Positions 19,783 to 30,531 are shown, numbered from the stretch's first letter. The stretch is 64,000 bases of DNA from an uncultured Acidobacteriota bacterium (GCA_963822445.1 CAWGHO010000003.1:1440001-1504000), one strand, 5' to 3'. Notes: generated by a model from the sequence alone, not told the origin. Made by a program: numbers and translations.

Positions 19783-20530
19783 ATGTCCGGCCACAGTAAA
19801 TGGAGCACGATCAAGCACAAGAAGGGTGCTGCCGACGCGAAGCGCGGCAAGGTCTTCACCCGCATCATCAAGGAAATGACAGTCGCCGCGCGAATGGGCG
19901 GCGGCGACCCGGAAGGCAATCCCCGCCTCCGCGCGGCCGTGGCCGAGGCCAAGGCCAGCAACATGCCGAAGGACAACATCGACCGCGCCATCAAGCGCGG
20001 CCCGGCGAGCTCGAGGGCGTGACGTACGAGGAACAGACGTACGAAGGGTACGGCCCGGGCGGCGTGGCCATCATCGTCGAGACGCTCACCGACAACGGGA
20101 ACCGCACCACTCCCGAGATCCGCCATATCTTCGAAAAAGCCGGCGGCAACCTCGGCACCCCCGGCTCGGTCAAGTTCCAGTTCGAGAAGAAGGGCTACTT
20201 CGCCATCGAGAAGAGCGCCGTCGGCGAGGACAAGCTGATGGAGATCGCCCTCGAAGCGGGCGCCGACGACCTGCAGACCGACGACAACGACGTGTACGAG
20301 ATCTACACCACGCCGGACACATTCGAGCCAGTGCGCCAGGCGCTCGAAGGGGCGAAGATCCCGACGGTGGAAGCGAAGCTGGGCCTGATCCCGTCGACGC
20401 TACGTCGCCGGTCGACGAGGCGAAGTCGAAGGCGGTCATGCGGCTGCTGGAGACGCTCGACGATCACGACGACGTGCAGAACGTGTATTCGAACTTCGAT
20501 GTGCCGTCGGAGATGATGGAGACGGCTTAG
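19783..20530 (+). CDS. yebC: YebC/PmpR family protein (frameshifts near 20000 and 20403)
   Basis: [46 protein letters not shown]; AAGGAG RBS. Confidence 0.92.
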
Positions 20531-20642
20531 CGGGCACGGCCCGCTGCGCAGCTTGCTGCGCCTTGCGGCACGGGATCTTGTAGCGTCGCGAATCGCGGCT
20601 TTCGGGCGGCGCAACGCGCCTGGCATCTCCGAGATCGCACAC

Positions 20643-20682
20643 AAAGAAAAATGGAGGGCGGCACGAGTGTGCCGTCCTCCAT
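20643..20682 (-). terminator. Rho-independent terminator
   Basis: 14-bp stem ATGGAGGGCGGCAC/GTGCCGTCCTCCAT followed by TTTTCTTT on the minus strand. Confidence 0.75.
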
Positions 20683-20760
20683 CCAGCCTGCGCGAAAACC
20701 TTACCGACAGGCGACCCGCACGTGCATTAGCACAGCAACGGGCGCTGCCGGCCGTGCCGG

Positions 20761-21528
20761 CTACCTTCCGTCCTTGTCCGCGTCGCCGGGTATGGCCCGC
20801 TCGACGCCGTGCCATGCATCCCGGGTGGCGTTCTTCGCCTTGTCCCAGGTCAGGCGGGATGAGCCCTTGAAGCGATCCCAGTCGCGGGAGAGATCGTTCT
20901 CGAGCTTGTCGTCCCAACCACGGTCGGCGTAGCGGTTCCGCGAGAACGTTCCGTACCGGTAGGCCGGTGCGTAGTCGCGGTCGTAGTCGAACGACTTGTC
21001 GAAGTAGTTGCTCTTCGGGTAGTGCGTGCGGAACTGCTCGTCGGTCTTCTTGTAGGTGTTGAAGGTGCGGTCGGTGCGGTCCCAGGAGTCGCGCACTGCG
21101 TCCTTCGCCTTGTCCCAGGCCAGGGCCGACTTGCCCTTCACCTTGTCCCAGCCGCGCTCGAGATCGCTCTCCAGACTGGTGTCCCAGGTGCGATCGCGAT
21201 GCTGTGCGCGCGACTCCCAGCCGTAACGGTACGCCGGCTCGTAGTCGTCGAACGTGCGTGACTTGTCGAAGTACGGCCGTGCTTTGTACTCGTTCTTCCA
21301 GTATTCGGTCTCGCCGGTCGGATCGACCCGCTCGCCGACTTCGTGTCCCGCGGCCCCACCGGCAACCGCGCCGATCGCTCCGCCGATGAGTGCGCCAATG
21401 GGTCCGAACGGTGCTCCCAGAGCCGCGCCCAATGCCGCGCCGCCAGCTCCGCCAACGCCGGTGCCGACAGGATGCGAGCCGGGCTCGCCCGTGATGGGAT
21501 CGCGATTCATGTCCCGTTGTTCAGCCAT
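20761..21528 (-). CDS. Glycine-zipper protein with duplicated helical repeat (general-stress-like)
   Basis: NRDPITGEPGSHPVGTG, GxxxG zipper, two copies of Y.PAYRYG...W...LE.DL.R.WD..KG.S.L.WDKAK.A.RD.W. Confidence 0.75.
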   Translation of the reverse strand: MAEQRDMNRDPITGEPGSHPVGTGVGGAGGAALGAALGAPFGPIGALIGGAIGAVAGGAAGHEVGERVDPTGETEYWKNEYKARPYFDKSRTFDDYEPAYRYGWESRAQHRDRTWDTSLESDLERGWDKVKGKSALAWDKAKDAVRDSWDRTDRTFNTYKKTDEQFRTHYPKSNYFDKSFDYDRDYAPAYRYGTFSRNRYADRGWDDKLENDLSRDWDRFKGSSRLTWDKAKNATRDAWHGVERAIPGDADKDGR

Positions 21529-21609
21529 ATGTTTTTTCTCCTTCGGGCTCAAAGAAGTGCCCACGGTTTACAGGAGCACGACCGATGCCGTTTCGCGTTG
21601 TGAAGCGCG

Positions 21610-22761
21610 TCACTTTTTGCGCGTCAGCAACACCGCAAAAACAGCGGCGAGCGCGAGCGCTGCACCCGTGAAAAACGCGGCGTGCCGCGATACATGTTCG
21701 TAAAGCAGACCGAACAACGCCGTTCCGAGGAGCACACACAGACCGTTGGCGAGGTAATAAATGCCGAAGCTTTTTCCGCGCACATCCGCAGGGACGAGAT
21801 CGGCAATCCAGGCGCGCTCCGCACCTTCGGCGAGCGTGAACGGAATCGCGTAAAGAACGAACAGCACGAAGAACGAGGTCAGCGATTGCGCAAAGGGGAA
21901 CGCGGCGTAAATGACGGCGTAAGACGTCCACCCCGCGACCAGGAGCCACCGCCGGTCGACGCGATCAGACAACGCACCGGCACGCGTGGAGAAGAGTGAC
22001 TTGATCACGTGATGCGACGCCCACAGCAGAGGCAGCATCGCCGTGGTCACTCCTGCTGCATGAGCCTGAAGCAGCAAGAACGCGTCGCTCGAGTTCGAGA
22101 GGGAGAAAAGCGCGACGGCGGTGATCGCGCCGCGAAAAGAAGCGGGGAGCGCCGGTCCACCGATGACTTTCGAGGGTTCTTTCGGTTTCGAAGTGCGCGG
22201 CACTTCGCGGAGGAAGAACGCCAGCATGGCCGCGCCGATCGCGCCGGGAATGACCGCGAAGAGAATGGTCTGCTTGAGCGAGAAGCCGAGGACCTGCAAA
22301 AGCAACAACGCCAGCAGGGGACCGATGATCGCGCCGGTGTGATCGAGCGCGCGATGAAAGCCGAACGCGCGTCCGCGCTGATCGTGCGGGGTGACGTCGG
22401 AGATCAACGCGTCCCGCGGCGCCGATCGAATGCCTTTGCCGGTGCGATCGAGCAGCCGAGCGAAGAGGACGAGCGGCCACACGGTCGCCGCCGCAATGAG
22501 CGCGCGCGACGCCGCCGCGAGACCGTAGCCGCTGACAATGAAAGGTTTCCGCCGCGGCATGCGATCGGACCAGGCCCCCGCGAAGTATTTGAGGATGGAG
22601 GAGAGGCCGTCAGCCGCACCCTCGATCAACCCGAGCACCGCCGGGCTCGCCCCGAGCGTCGCCGTGAGGAAGATCGGCAGGAGGGGATAGATCATCTCGC
22701 TCGCCGAGTCGTTCAGCAGCGCGGCGAGGCCGAGGAGGATGACCTGCGGCTTGAGCTTCAC
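21610..22761 (-). CDS. MFS transporter
   Basis: About 12 TM; ND..SEMIYPLLP, GAWSDR..RRK, DRTGKGIRSAPRDALI; GTG start at 22761. Confidence 0.9.
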   Translation of the reverse strand: MKLKPQVILLGLAALLNDSASEMIYPLLPIFLTATLGASPAVLGLIEGAADGLSSILKYFAGAWSDRMPRRKPFIVSGYGLAAASRALIAAATVWPLVLFARLLDRTGKGIRSAPRDALISDVTPHDQRGRAFGFHRALDHTGAIIGPLLALLLLQVLGFSLKQTILFAVIPGAIGAAMLAFFLREVPRTSKPKEPSKVIGGPALPASFRGAITAVALFSLSNSSDAFLLLQAHAAGVTTAMLPLLWASHHVIKSLFSTRAGALSDRVDRRWLLVAGWTSYAVIYAAFPFAQSLTSFFVLFVLYAIPFTLAEGAERAWIADLVPADVRGKSFGIYYLANGLCVLLGTALFGLLYEHVSRHAAFFTGAALALAAVFAVLLTRKK

Positions 22762-22787
22762 GCGGGGAATGGTAAGGGGGAACGACG

Positions 22788-22911
22788 AGGGGGCCTCCGG
22801 CGGGCCGGCCACGGGCCGGCAGGCGCTGGTTGTGCCTTCTGCCGAACTCGCGGTAGCTAGCGCGAATCGCGTTCACGCCAACATCAGCGCTGCCGGCCGT
22901 GGCCGCCCGCC
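22788..22911. repeat. Long imperfect inverted-repeat element; the outer right arm lies beyond the IS at 24450-24462
   Basis: 22799-22833 pairs with 22881-22911; AGGGGGCCTCCGG (22788-22800) is the perfect inverse of 24450-24462. Confidence 0.7.
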
Positions 22912-22959
22912 TATAGCTTGTCCGGCCGTCTCTCCGCTTCTCCCTCAGCCCTCAGAGAA

Positions 22960-23165
22960 GTACCCGTTGGGTGGCAATCGGGAGAATCGGATTCAGGCGG
23001 CGCGATACTGAGAAGAAGGGTTCGTCCCGCTACGAATTCCGCCCGTGTTCGGATCGACGAATCCCTCCGGACTTTCGAGCGGGACGAAGTGCTTTGGCCC
23101 GAAACGCATTCTCAGATGCTGTCGGAGCACGACTCGACTATAGGCCTTGCGCGCGGCCAAAGCCA
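22960..23165 (+). ncRNA. Putative IS110 bridge RNA
   Basis: Two large stem/internal-loop domains (23021-31/23078-88; 23091-99/23155-63); 23064-23072 is the reverse complement of the right insertion flank 24448-24456. Confidence 0.6.
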
Positions 23166-23182
23166 ACCGAAGGGAGGGTGTG

Positions 23183-24427
23183 ATGAGCGAGTTCGAGTTT
23201 GGGGCGTTGGTGGGGCTGGATTGGGGTGACACATCGCACGAGGTGGCTCTTTGGGACGAGCAGCAGCAGACGTGCACGAACGAGCGCATCGAGCACACGC
23301 CTGCGGCTCTGCGCGCATGGATCGAAGCGCTGCAGGCGCGCTTCGGCGGGGCACCGATCGCCGTGGCCATCGAGCAGTCCCGCGGCGCGGTCTTCGACGC
23401 GCTCAGCGGCTATCCGTTCGTCACGTTGTATCCGATCAACCCACGCAGTGCAGCCCGGTATCGTGAGGCGTTTCATCCGAGCCTATCGAAAGACGATCCG
23501 ACCGACGCGGCGTCCTTGCTCGACCTGCTTCGTAAGCACCGCAACGAACTGCGCCCGTTCATCGCCGACGACGCTTCTACGCGTCTGCTGCGGCTTCTGA
23601 CCGAGGATCGGCGCGAGCTCGTCGATCAGAGGACGCAACACGTCCAACGCATGACCGATCGGCTCAAGACGTACTACCCGCAGGCGCTCCGGTGGGCCGG
23701 CGCGTTGATTACGGCGCAGGCCTGTGACTTCCTCGAACGCTGGCCGACGCTCGAGGCCATCCAAAGGGCTCGGCCGTCCGCGATACGGAGGTTCTATGCG
23801 GGTCATCATCACGCGGCCGCGTGGATCGACCAGAAGCTCGCCGAGATCCGTTCAGAGGTCGCGTTCCACGACGATCAGGTCACCACTGACGCTGCCGTGC
23901 TACTGATCGGAAGCGAGGTTGCGCAGATCCGGGCCCTCAACACGAGCATCGCCACGTACGACCAGAAGATCTCCGCGGCGTTCGCCGCCCACCAGGACGC
24001 GTCGATCTTCGCGAGCTTCCCTGGCGCCGGCCAACAGCTCGCGCCGCGGCTCGCCGCCGCCTTCGGGACCGATCGCAAGCGCTTCGGCAGCGCCGTCAAC
24101 GTCGCCACCCGAAGCGGCATCGCCCCGGTTCTCCGCCGGAGCGGCAAAACGGCGGTCGTGCACATGCGCTGGGCCTGTCCGAAGTTCCTGCGTCAGACGT
24201 TCCATGAGTACGCCCGCGTGTCGATCGGTCAGTCCGTATGGGCTCGAGCCTTCTACAAGCAGCAACGCCTGCGCGGACACAGCCACCACGAGGCTATCCG
24301 CACGCTCGCTTACCGCTGGATCCGCGTCCTTTACGCCTGCTGGAACAATCGCACCGTCTACGACGAAGCTCTCTATCTGCGGCAGCTAGCCACGCGAGGC
24401 TCAACCCTCGCCACAGCTGCTCCCTGA
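23183..24427 (+). CDS. IS110 family DEDD recombinase/transposase
   Basis: VGLDWG, AIEQ, INP, KDDPTDA (DEDD); FPGAG, SGIAPVLRRSG; GGGAGG RBS. Confidence 0.95.
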   Translation: MSEFEFGALVGLDWGDTSHEVALWDEQQQTCTNERIEHTPAALRAWIEALQARFGGAPIAVAIEQSRGAVFDALSGYPFVTLYPINPRSAARYREAFHPSLSKDDPTDAASLLDLLRKHRNELRPFIADDASTRLLRLLTEDRRELVDQRTQHVQRMTDRLKTYYPQALRWAGALITAQACDFLERWPTLEAIQRARPSAIRRFYAGHHHAAAWIDQKLAEIRSEVAFHDDQVTTDAAVLLIGSEVAQIRALNTSIATYDQKISAAFAAHQDASIFASFPGAGQQLAPRLAAAFGTDRKRFGSAVNVATRSGIAPVLRRSGKTAVVHMRWACPKFLRQTFHEYARVSIGQSVWARAFYKQQRLRGHSHHEAIRTLAYRWIRVLYACWNNRTVYDEALYLRQLATRGSTLATAAP

Positions 24428-24474
24428 CTTGACAGGAAGGCTCAGATGTCCGGAGGCCCCCTGGTCGGTTCCCT

Positions 24475-24762
24475 TCAGCAACCGCCCACGCGAGACCAAA
24501 CCGACACGACACCATCCACATCGAGCCGCAGCGTGTCGCCGTCGACCCGATACGGCACGACGATCTCCGCTTCCGCCGGGAGGATGAACAGGCGGTCGCC
24601 ATCCTCCTCACACTGGAAGCGGCTGCGGCCGAGGATGAGAGTGTCGTCGCCGAACACGATCGTCTCGTCACCGTTGCGCCAGGTACCCGTCAAGTCTCTG
24701 CGCATGAAGTCCATCTCGTCTGGATAGTGACGATCGAGCAGTTTTCGTTTCAAACGGTCCAA
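24475..24762 (-). CDS. Small beta-rich hypothetical protein (start uncertain)
   Basis: LTGTW...Y.VDGDTL.L lipocalin-like pattern. Confidence 0.5.
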   Translation of the reverse strand: MDRLKRKLLDRHYPDEMDFMRRDLTGTWRNGDETIVFGDDTLILGRSRFQCEEDGDRLFILPAEAEIVVPYRVDGDTLRLDVDGVVSVWSRVGGC

Positions 24763-24798
24763 GTAGAATGCGCCCGCATTTCGAAAGGAGTCTCGCAA

Positions 24799-25683
<885 letters not shown>

Positions 25684-25684
<1 letters not shown>

Positions 25685-26460
25685 TGGAAAACGTTCGAAC
25701 AGAAAATCGCGACGGGGTCCTGATCGTCACCGTCGATCGCCCCAAGGTCCTCAACGCGCTCAACGCGCAAACCGTGAACGAGCTGCGCCAGGCATTCGAG
25801 GCCGCGCGCGAAGATGACGCGGTCCGCTGCGTGATCCTTACCGGCGGCGGAGAGAAAGCGTTCGTGGCCGGCGCGGACATCGGCGAGCTCTCGCAGATGA
25901 CGCCGATCACGGGCAAGGCCACCGCCGAGAAAGGGCAGCGTATCTTTCATTCGATCGAGCGTTTCCCGAAGCCGGTCATCGCGGCGATCAACGGCTTCGC
26001 GCTCGGCGGCGGCTGCGAGCTCGCCCTCGCCTGTCACATCCGCATCGCCTCGGAAAAAGCGCAGCTCGGCCTTCCCGAAGTCACGCTGGGGATCATTCCC
26101 GGTTACGGCGGCACGCAGCGCATGGCCCGGCTGCTCGGCAAAGGAAAAGCGCTCGAGCTGATCCTGACCGGCGACCGCATCGGTGCCGAGGAGGCGGAGC
26201 GGATCGGGCTGGTGAACAGAGTCGTTCCCGCCGATCAGCTCATGCCCGCGGCCGAGGAGCTGGCTCGCAGGATCATGACTCGCGGTCCGCTGGCGGTGCG
26301 TGCGGCGATCGAAGCGGTCATGAGCGGAAGCGAGATGCCGTTCGAAGAAGGGCAGTTCCTCGAGGCCACGCTGTTCGGCCTCCTGGCGTCGACGGACGAC
26401 ATGAAGGAAGGAATGAAGGCCTTCCTCGAAAAACGTCCCGCTGATTTCAAGAATCGGTGA
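25684..26460 (+). CDS. crt: Enoyl-CoA hydratase (crotonase)
   Basis: AFVAGADI, NGFALGGGCELA, LPEV.LGIIPG.GGTQR; coupled to hbd (TGATG). Confidence 0.9.
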
Positions 26461-26505
26461 TGGGTATAATTCCCGGATCGGTCCATCGATCCGGGAAGGA
26501 ATCCA

Positions 26506-29055
26506 ATGCTTCGGCGACTCATCATCTCTATCTGTGTGGGCTTCGTGTGCGCGGGTGCGTCCGCGGCGAACGACGATTCGAAGGCGAAGCACGTCCTCGT
26601 GCAGACCACGAGGAACCTGACCGAGACCGATCGCGCGGAGCTCGAAGCGGCGGGTCTGAAGATCGGGAAACCGGTGCCGGGCGGCAAGTTCCTGGCGCGT
26701 ATCGAGCCGGGCTCGCGCGCGAAGAACGACGCCCGCATCGCCGCGATCGAGCCGATCGCCGCGGATCGGAAGATTCACAAGTCCGCGCATCGCGAGGCCG
26801 GCCGAGCAAAGGCATTCGCCGAGCTGCGGGTTTTCTTCCACGACGACGTCACGCTCGATGACGCTCGGGCTGCCTTGTCCGAGGCTGGGGGATCGTTCGA
26901 GGCGCTGCAGAGTGAGCTCGGGTACGGCCGTCAGATCAAAGTGAAGCTGCCGGGCAACAAGCTCGCGGCGCTCGCGAACGACGATCGCGTGAAAACGATC
27001 ACCGATGCCGTCGTTCGGCGGAAGAAATCGCGCAATGCCACGTCAGCGGCTCTCTCGCGCGTCACCGACGTTCAGGCCTCGCCGTACTTTCTGACCGGTT
27101 ACAACGTCGATCTGTCGTTGTTCGAGGTCCTCGACTACGACGGCATTCAGCGCACGCATCCTGATTTCGGCGGCCGCGTCACTACGTACCCCCTTCCGTA
27201 CTTCAACCTCTACGACGACCACGCCACGCATGTGGCGGGAACGATGGGTGGCTCGGGCCTCGGAAACGCGGCAGCGAAAGGGATGGCGCCGGAATCAACA
27301 CTGAGTCTTCTGTCGGTCGAAGGGGACCACGAAGACATCCTCTGGAAGAAAGAGACGAGCGCCAACCAGCTCGACATCACCGCCGACAACAACTCCTGGG
27401 GCTACATCCTCGGCTGGGATTACTACGGAGGGACCTGGAACTGGGAAGAGCTCGAGGAGTACATGGGCGCGTACGACCTCTTTTACACGGCGCCGCTCGA
27501 CGCAATCGCCATCCAGGAGAACATCCTCTACGTCCACTCGGCCGGTAACGAGGGCCTGACGCCGAACCTCGGCGTGAACGGCGAGCACCGGCACTACTCG
27601 ACGGGCAACACCAAGTGGTGCTTCTCCCAGCCGAACATCGGTTGCCCATACCCGTGCGCGGGCGGCATCTACTGCGAGACCGTTCCCCATCCGGCGAATA
27701 CGCCGTGGACGACGATCGGGGACATGGAGAGCGCGAAGAACATCCTCACCGTCGGCGCGGTCGACGCGAACAAGAACCTCGCGAGTTTCAGCTCACGAGG
27801 TCCGGCTCTGGATGGCCGCGTGAAGCCCGAGCTCGTCGCGCGCGGCGTCTCGGTTCTCTCGACGGTGCCGACCGACGCCTACAGTCATATGTCAGGGACC
27901 TCGATGGCCGCGCCGGTGGTGACGGGCATCGCCGGTCTTCTCACCGAGCAGTGGCGCCTGACGTACGGCGGCGATCCGCTGATGACGACCCTGAAGACGC
28001 TGATGATCGCCGGCGCGGAGGACCTCGGCAATCCCGGTCCTGATTACTCTTACGGCTTCGGACTGGTCGACGCGAAAGCCGCCGTCGATCTGATCCTCGA
28101 GGACGACCGCATCCTCATCGGCGCGCTCGCTGAGGGGACGTCGATCTTCAACAACATCACGCTCGCCTCACCGCAGAACCTGCGGATCGTCCTCGGCTGG
28201 GCGGATCCTGACATCGAGTTCCTTGGCGGCGACGAGATCGCCGCGGTCGCGCTGGTCAACGATCTCGATGTGTTCGTGATCGGTCCTGACGGTACGGTCA
28301 CGTACCCGTACATCCTCGACAAGAACAATCCGTCGGCCGCGGCCACGCGTGGCCCGAATCGCACCGACAACGTGGAGATGATCGAGATCCCCAATGCCGC
28401 CGCCGGGACGTACCGCGTGGTCGTGCGGGGAGCGGACATCAACGATGCATCGCCGCAGGAATACGTCCTCGTCGCCAATGCCGGCGTGTCCGACCCGGTC
28501 GGGCAGCCGATCGCCCTGACAGCGACCGGCTCCGGTGCGCCGTCGGTGTCGGTGAGCTGGACCGCCGTCGGGACCGGCACCACATACGACGTCTACCGCC
28601 GCACCGGTCCTGGCGGAGCGACGCTTCTCGTTTCCGGCCTTACCAGCCCGAGCTATGTCGACGACGACGTCGACGCGAATTCGGCCTACGCCTATCACGT
28701 CAACGCGTATCTGACCGGGGGAGGCATGGTCCTCAGCAACGCCGATCTGGCGACGACGGTCACCTTCGACCCGACGCTCGCGGCTGGGAGCCCGATCCAG
28801 GTCGCCCACATCAATCAGCTGACCACGGTCGCGAATGCCGTCCGTGCCCTTGCCGGTCTCGGTGCGATCTCGTTCACGAACGCTCCGGCAGCTGGCGCGG
28901 CCATTCGCGCATCGCAGATGACGGAGCTGCGCGCCGGCATCACCGCGGCGCGAACGACGCTCGCGCTACCGGCCGCGGCGTTCTCGCGGACTGTCACCAG
29001 CGGGCTCGCGGTCCAGGCGACGGATTTCACCGAGGTCCGGTCCGCGTTGCAGTAG
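26506..29055 (+). CDS. Secreted S8 peptidase with FN3-like and C-terminal triple-repeat domain
   Basis: Signal peptide; HATHVAGT, SAGN, SSRGP.DGRVKP, GTSMAAP. Confidence 0.9.
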   Translation: MLRRLIISICVGFVCAGASAANDDSKAKHVLVQTTRNLTETDRAELEAAGLKIGKPVPGGKFLARIEPGSRAKNDARIAAIEPIAADRKIHKSAHREAGRAKAFAELRVFFHDDVTLDDARAALSEAGGSFEALQSELGYGRQIKVKLPGNKLAALANDDRVKTITDAVVRRKKSRNATSAALSRVTDVQASPYFLTGYNVDLSLFEVLDYDGIQRTHPDFGGRVTTYPLPYFNLYDDHATHVAGTMGGSGLGNAAAKGMAPESTLSLLSVEGDHEDILWKKETSANQLDITADNNSWGYILGWDYYGGTWNWEELEEYMGAYDLFYTAPLDAIAIQENILYVHSAGNEGLTPNLGVNGEHRHYSTGNTKWCFSQPNIGCPYPCAGGIYCETVPHPANTPWTTIGDMESAKNILTVGAVDANKNLASFSSRGPALDGRVKPELVARGVSVLSTVPTDAYSHMSGTSMAAPVVTGIAGLLTEQWRLTYGGDPLMTTLKTLMIAGAEDLGNPGPDYSYGFGLVDAKAAVDLILEDDRILIGALAEGTSIFNNITLASPQNLRIVLGWADPDIEFLGGDEIAAVALVNDLDVFVIGPDGTVTYPYILDKNNPSAAATRGPNRTDNVEMIEIPNAAAGTYRVVVRGADINDASPQEYVLVANAGVSDPVGQPIALTATGSGAPSVSVSWTAVGTGTTYDVYRRTGPGGATLLVSGLTSPSYVDDDVDANSAYAYHVNAYLTGGGMVLSNADLATTVTFDPTLAAGSPIQVAHINQLTTVANAVRALAGLGAISFTNAPAAGAAIRASQMTELRAGITAARTTLALPAAAFSRTVTSGLAVQATDFTEVRSALQ

Positions 29056-29079
29056 CCAGCGGTTAAACTGCCGCTCCGA

Positions 29080-30339
29080 ATGACCGAGAACCTCGAACAC
29101 CTCATTTACGACTGGAACGTGGAAGGCGAACAGCCGCCCCGTCCGTCGCGAAAGATCGAGCTCGACGACGAGACTCTGCGCGATGGGCTGCAGTCGCCGT
29201 CGGTCACCGATCCGAGCATCGAGGACAAGCTCCGCATCCTCCATTACATGCATGCCATCGGCATCGACAACGCCGACATCGGCCTGCCCGGCGCGGGACC
29301 GCACGTGCAGAAGACCGTCGAGCGGCTGGCGCGGGAGATCGTCGAGCAGAAACTGTCGGTCTATCCCAGCGCCGCGGGGCGCACGCACGAGAACGACATC
29401 AAGCCGATCGTGGAGATCTCCCAGCGCGTCGGCATCGCCATCGAAGCGGACCTCTTCATCGGCTCGTCGCCGATCCGCCAGTTCGCCGAGGAGTGGGAGC
29501 TGGACTGGATCATCGAACAGTCGGCGAAGGCGGTGAAGTTCGCGGTCAGCCAGGGCATCCCGGTCATGTACGTGACCGAGGATACGACCAGGGCGAAACC
29601 GGACGACATCGAGAAGCTCTACACCGCGGCCATCGATGCGGGAGCGGTGCGGATCTGCATCGCCGACACGGTCGGGCACGCCACGCCGTGGGGCACGCGG
29701 AACCTGGTGAAGTTCGTCCGGAAGATCGTCGAGCGGACCAATCCCGCCGTGAAGGTGGACTGGCACGGACACCAGGATCGCGGGCTGGGCATCATCAACT
29801 GCATCGCCGCGCTGGAGGCGGGGGCGGATCGGGTTCACGGCTCGGCCGCGGGCATCGGCGAGCGCGTCGGCAACGCGCCGATGGACCTGCTGATGGTGAA
29901 CCTCAAGCTGATGGGCTGGATCGACAACGATCTGACCCAGCTGCCGGCCTACGTCCACCACGTTTCCCGCGTGACGAACGTACCACTGGATGACCGGTAC
30001 CCGGTTTTCGGCCGGGACGCGTTCCGCACGGGCACGGGAGTGCACGCCGCGGCGATCATCAAAGCGAAGAAGAAGGGAAGCGAGTGGCTCGCGGACCGTG
30101 TTTACTCCGGAGTTCCCGCGGGTATGTTCGGCCTGCGGCAGATCATCGAGGTCGGTCCGATGTGCGGCCTGTCCAACGTGATCTACTGGCTGGCCGCGAA
30201 CGGCTACCCGCAGGAAGAAACGCTGGCCAAAGAGATTTTCCAGCAGGCAAAGTCGACGAACCGCGTATTGACCGAGGATGAATTGCACGCGGCGGTTGGC
30301 CGATGGCGGGAAGCTGAGGAGAAAGTGATTAGTGGTTAG
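29080..30339 (+). CDS. leuA: 2-isopropylmalate synthase-like enzyme (DRE-TIM, short form without regulatory domain)
   Basis: DETLRDGLQ, ED.TR, ADTVG, HGHQDRG, GIGERVGN, G.H; 419 aa. Confidence 0.8.
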   Translation: MTENLEHLIYDWNVEGEQPPRPSRKIELDDETLRDGLQSPSVTDPSIEDKLRILHYMHAIGIDNADIGLPGAGPHVQKTVERLAREIVEQKLSVYPSAAGRTHENDIKPIVEISQRVGIAIEADLFIGSSPIRQFAEEWELDWIIEQSAKAVKFAVSQGIPVMYVTEDTTRAKPDDIEKLYTAAIDAGAVRICIADTVGHATPWGTRNLVKFVRKIVERTNPAVKVDWHGHQDRGLGIINCIAALEAGADRVHGSAAGIGERVGNAPMDLLMVNLKLMGWIDNDLTQLPAYVHHVSRVTNVPLDDRYPVFGRDAFRTGTGVHAAAIIKAKKKGSEWLADRVYSGVPAGMFGLRQIIEVGPMCGLSNVIYWLAANGYPQEETLAKEIFQQAKSTNRVLTEDELHAAVGRWREAEEKVISG

Positions 30340-30436
30340 TCGTTAGTCGTTAGTAGCTATGAAGGCGACGGCGGCTCCGGTTCTACTAATCACTAACGAC
30401 TAACCACTAATCACTAACGACTAACGACTAACGACT
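30324..30436. repeat. Inverted tandem heptamer element (AGTCGTT)n ... (AACGACT)n
   Basis: About 4.7 copies at 30324-30356 and about 7.7 complementary copies at 30383-30436. Confidence 0.9.
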
Positions 30437-30444
30437 CAACAAGG

Positions 30445-30531
30445 GCCCGAGTGGCGAAATGGCAGACGCAGCAGACTCAAAATCTGCCGAGGTCAACCCT
30501 CATGTCGGTTCGAGTCCGACCTCGGGCACCA
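30445..30531 (+). tRNA. tRNA-Leu (CAA)
   Basis: Acceptor stem GCCCGAG/CTCGGGC, anticodon arm GCAGA-CTCAAAA-TCTGC, long variable arm, GGTTCGAGTCC, encoded CCA. Confidence 0.97.

Larger units (their letters stand above)
22951..24446 (+). mobile_element. IS110-family insertion sequence
   Basis: Transposase bounded by direct CTCAGA at 22951-22956 and 24441-24446; about 230-bp left non-coding end; TTGACA in the short right end; no terminal IRs. Confidence 0.85.

Noticed and set aside
30445-30531. tRNA-Leu as a genomic island integration site
   Set aside because: No integrase, and no duplicated tRNA 3' end was noticed in the window
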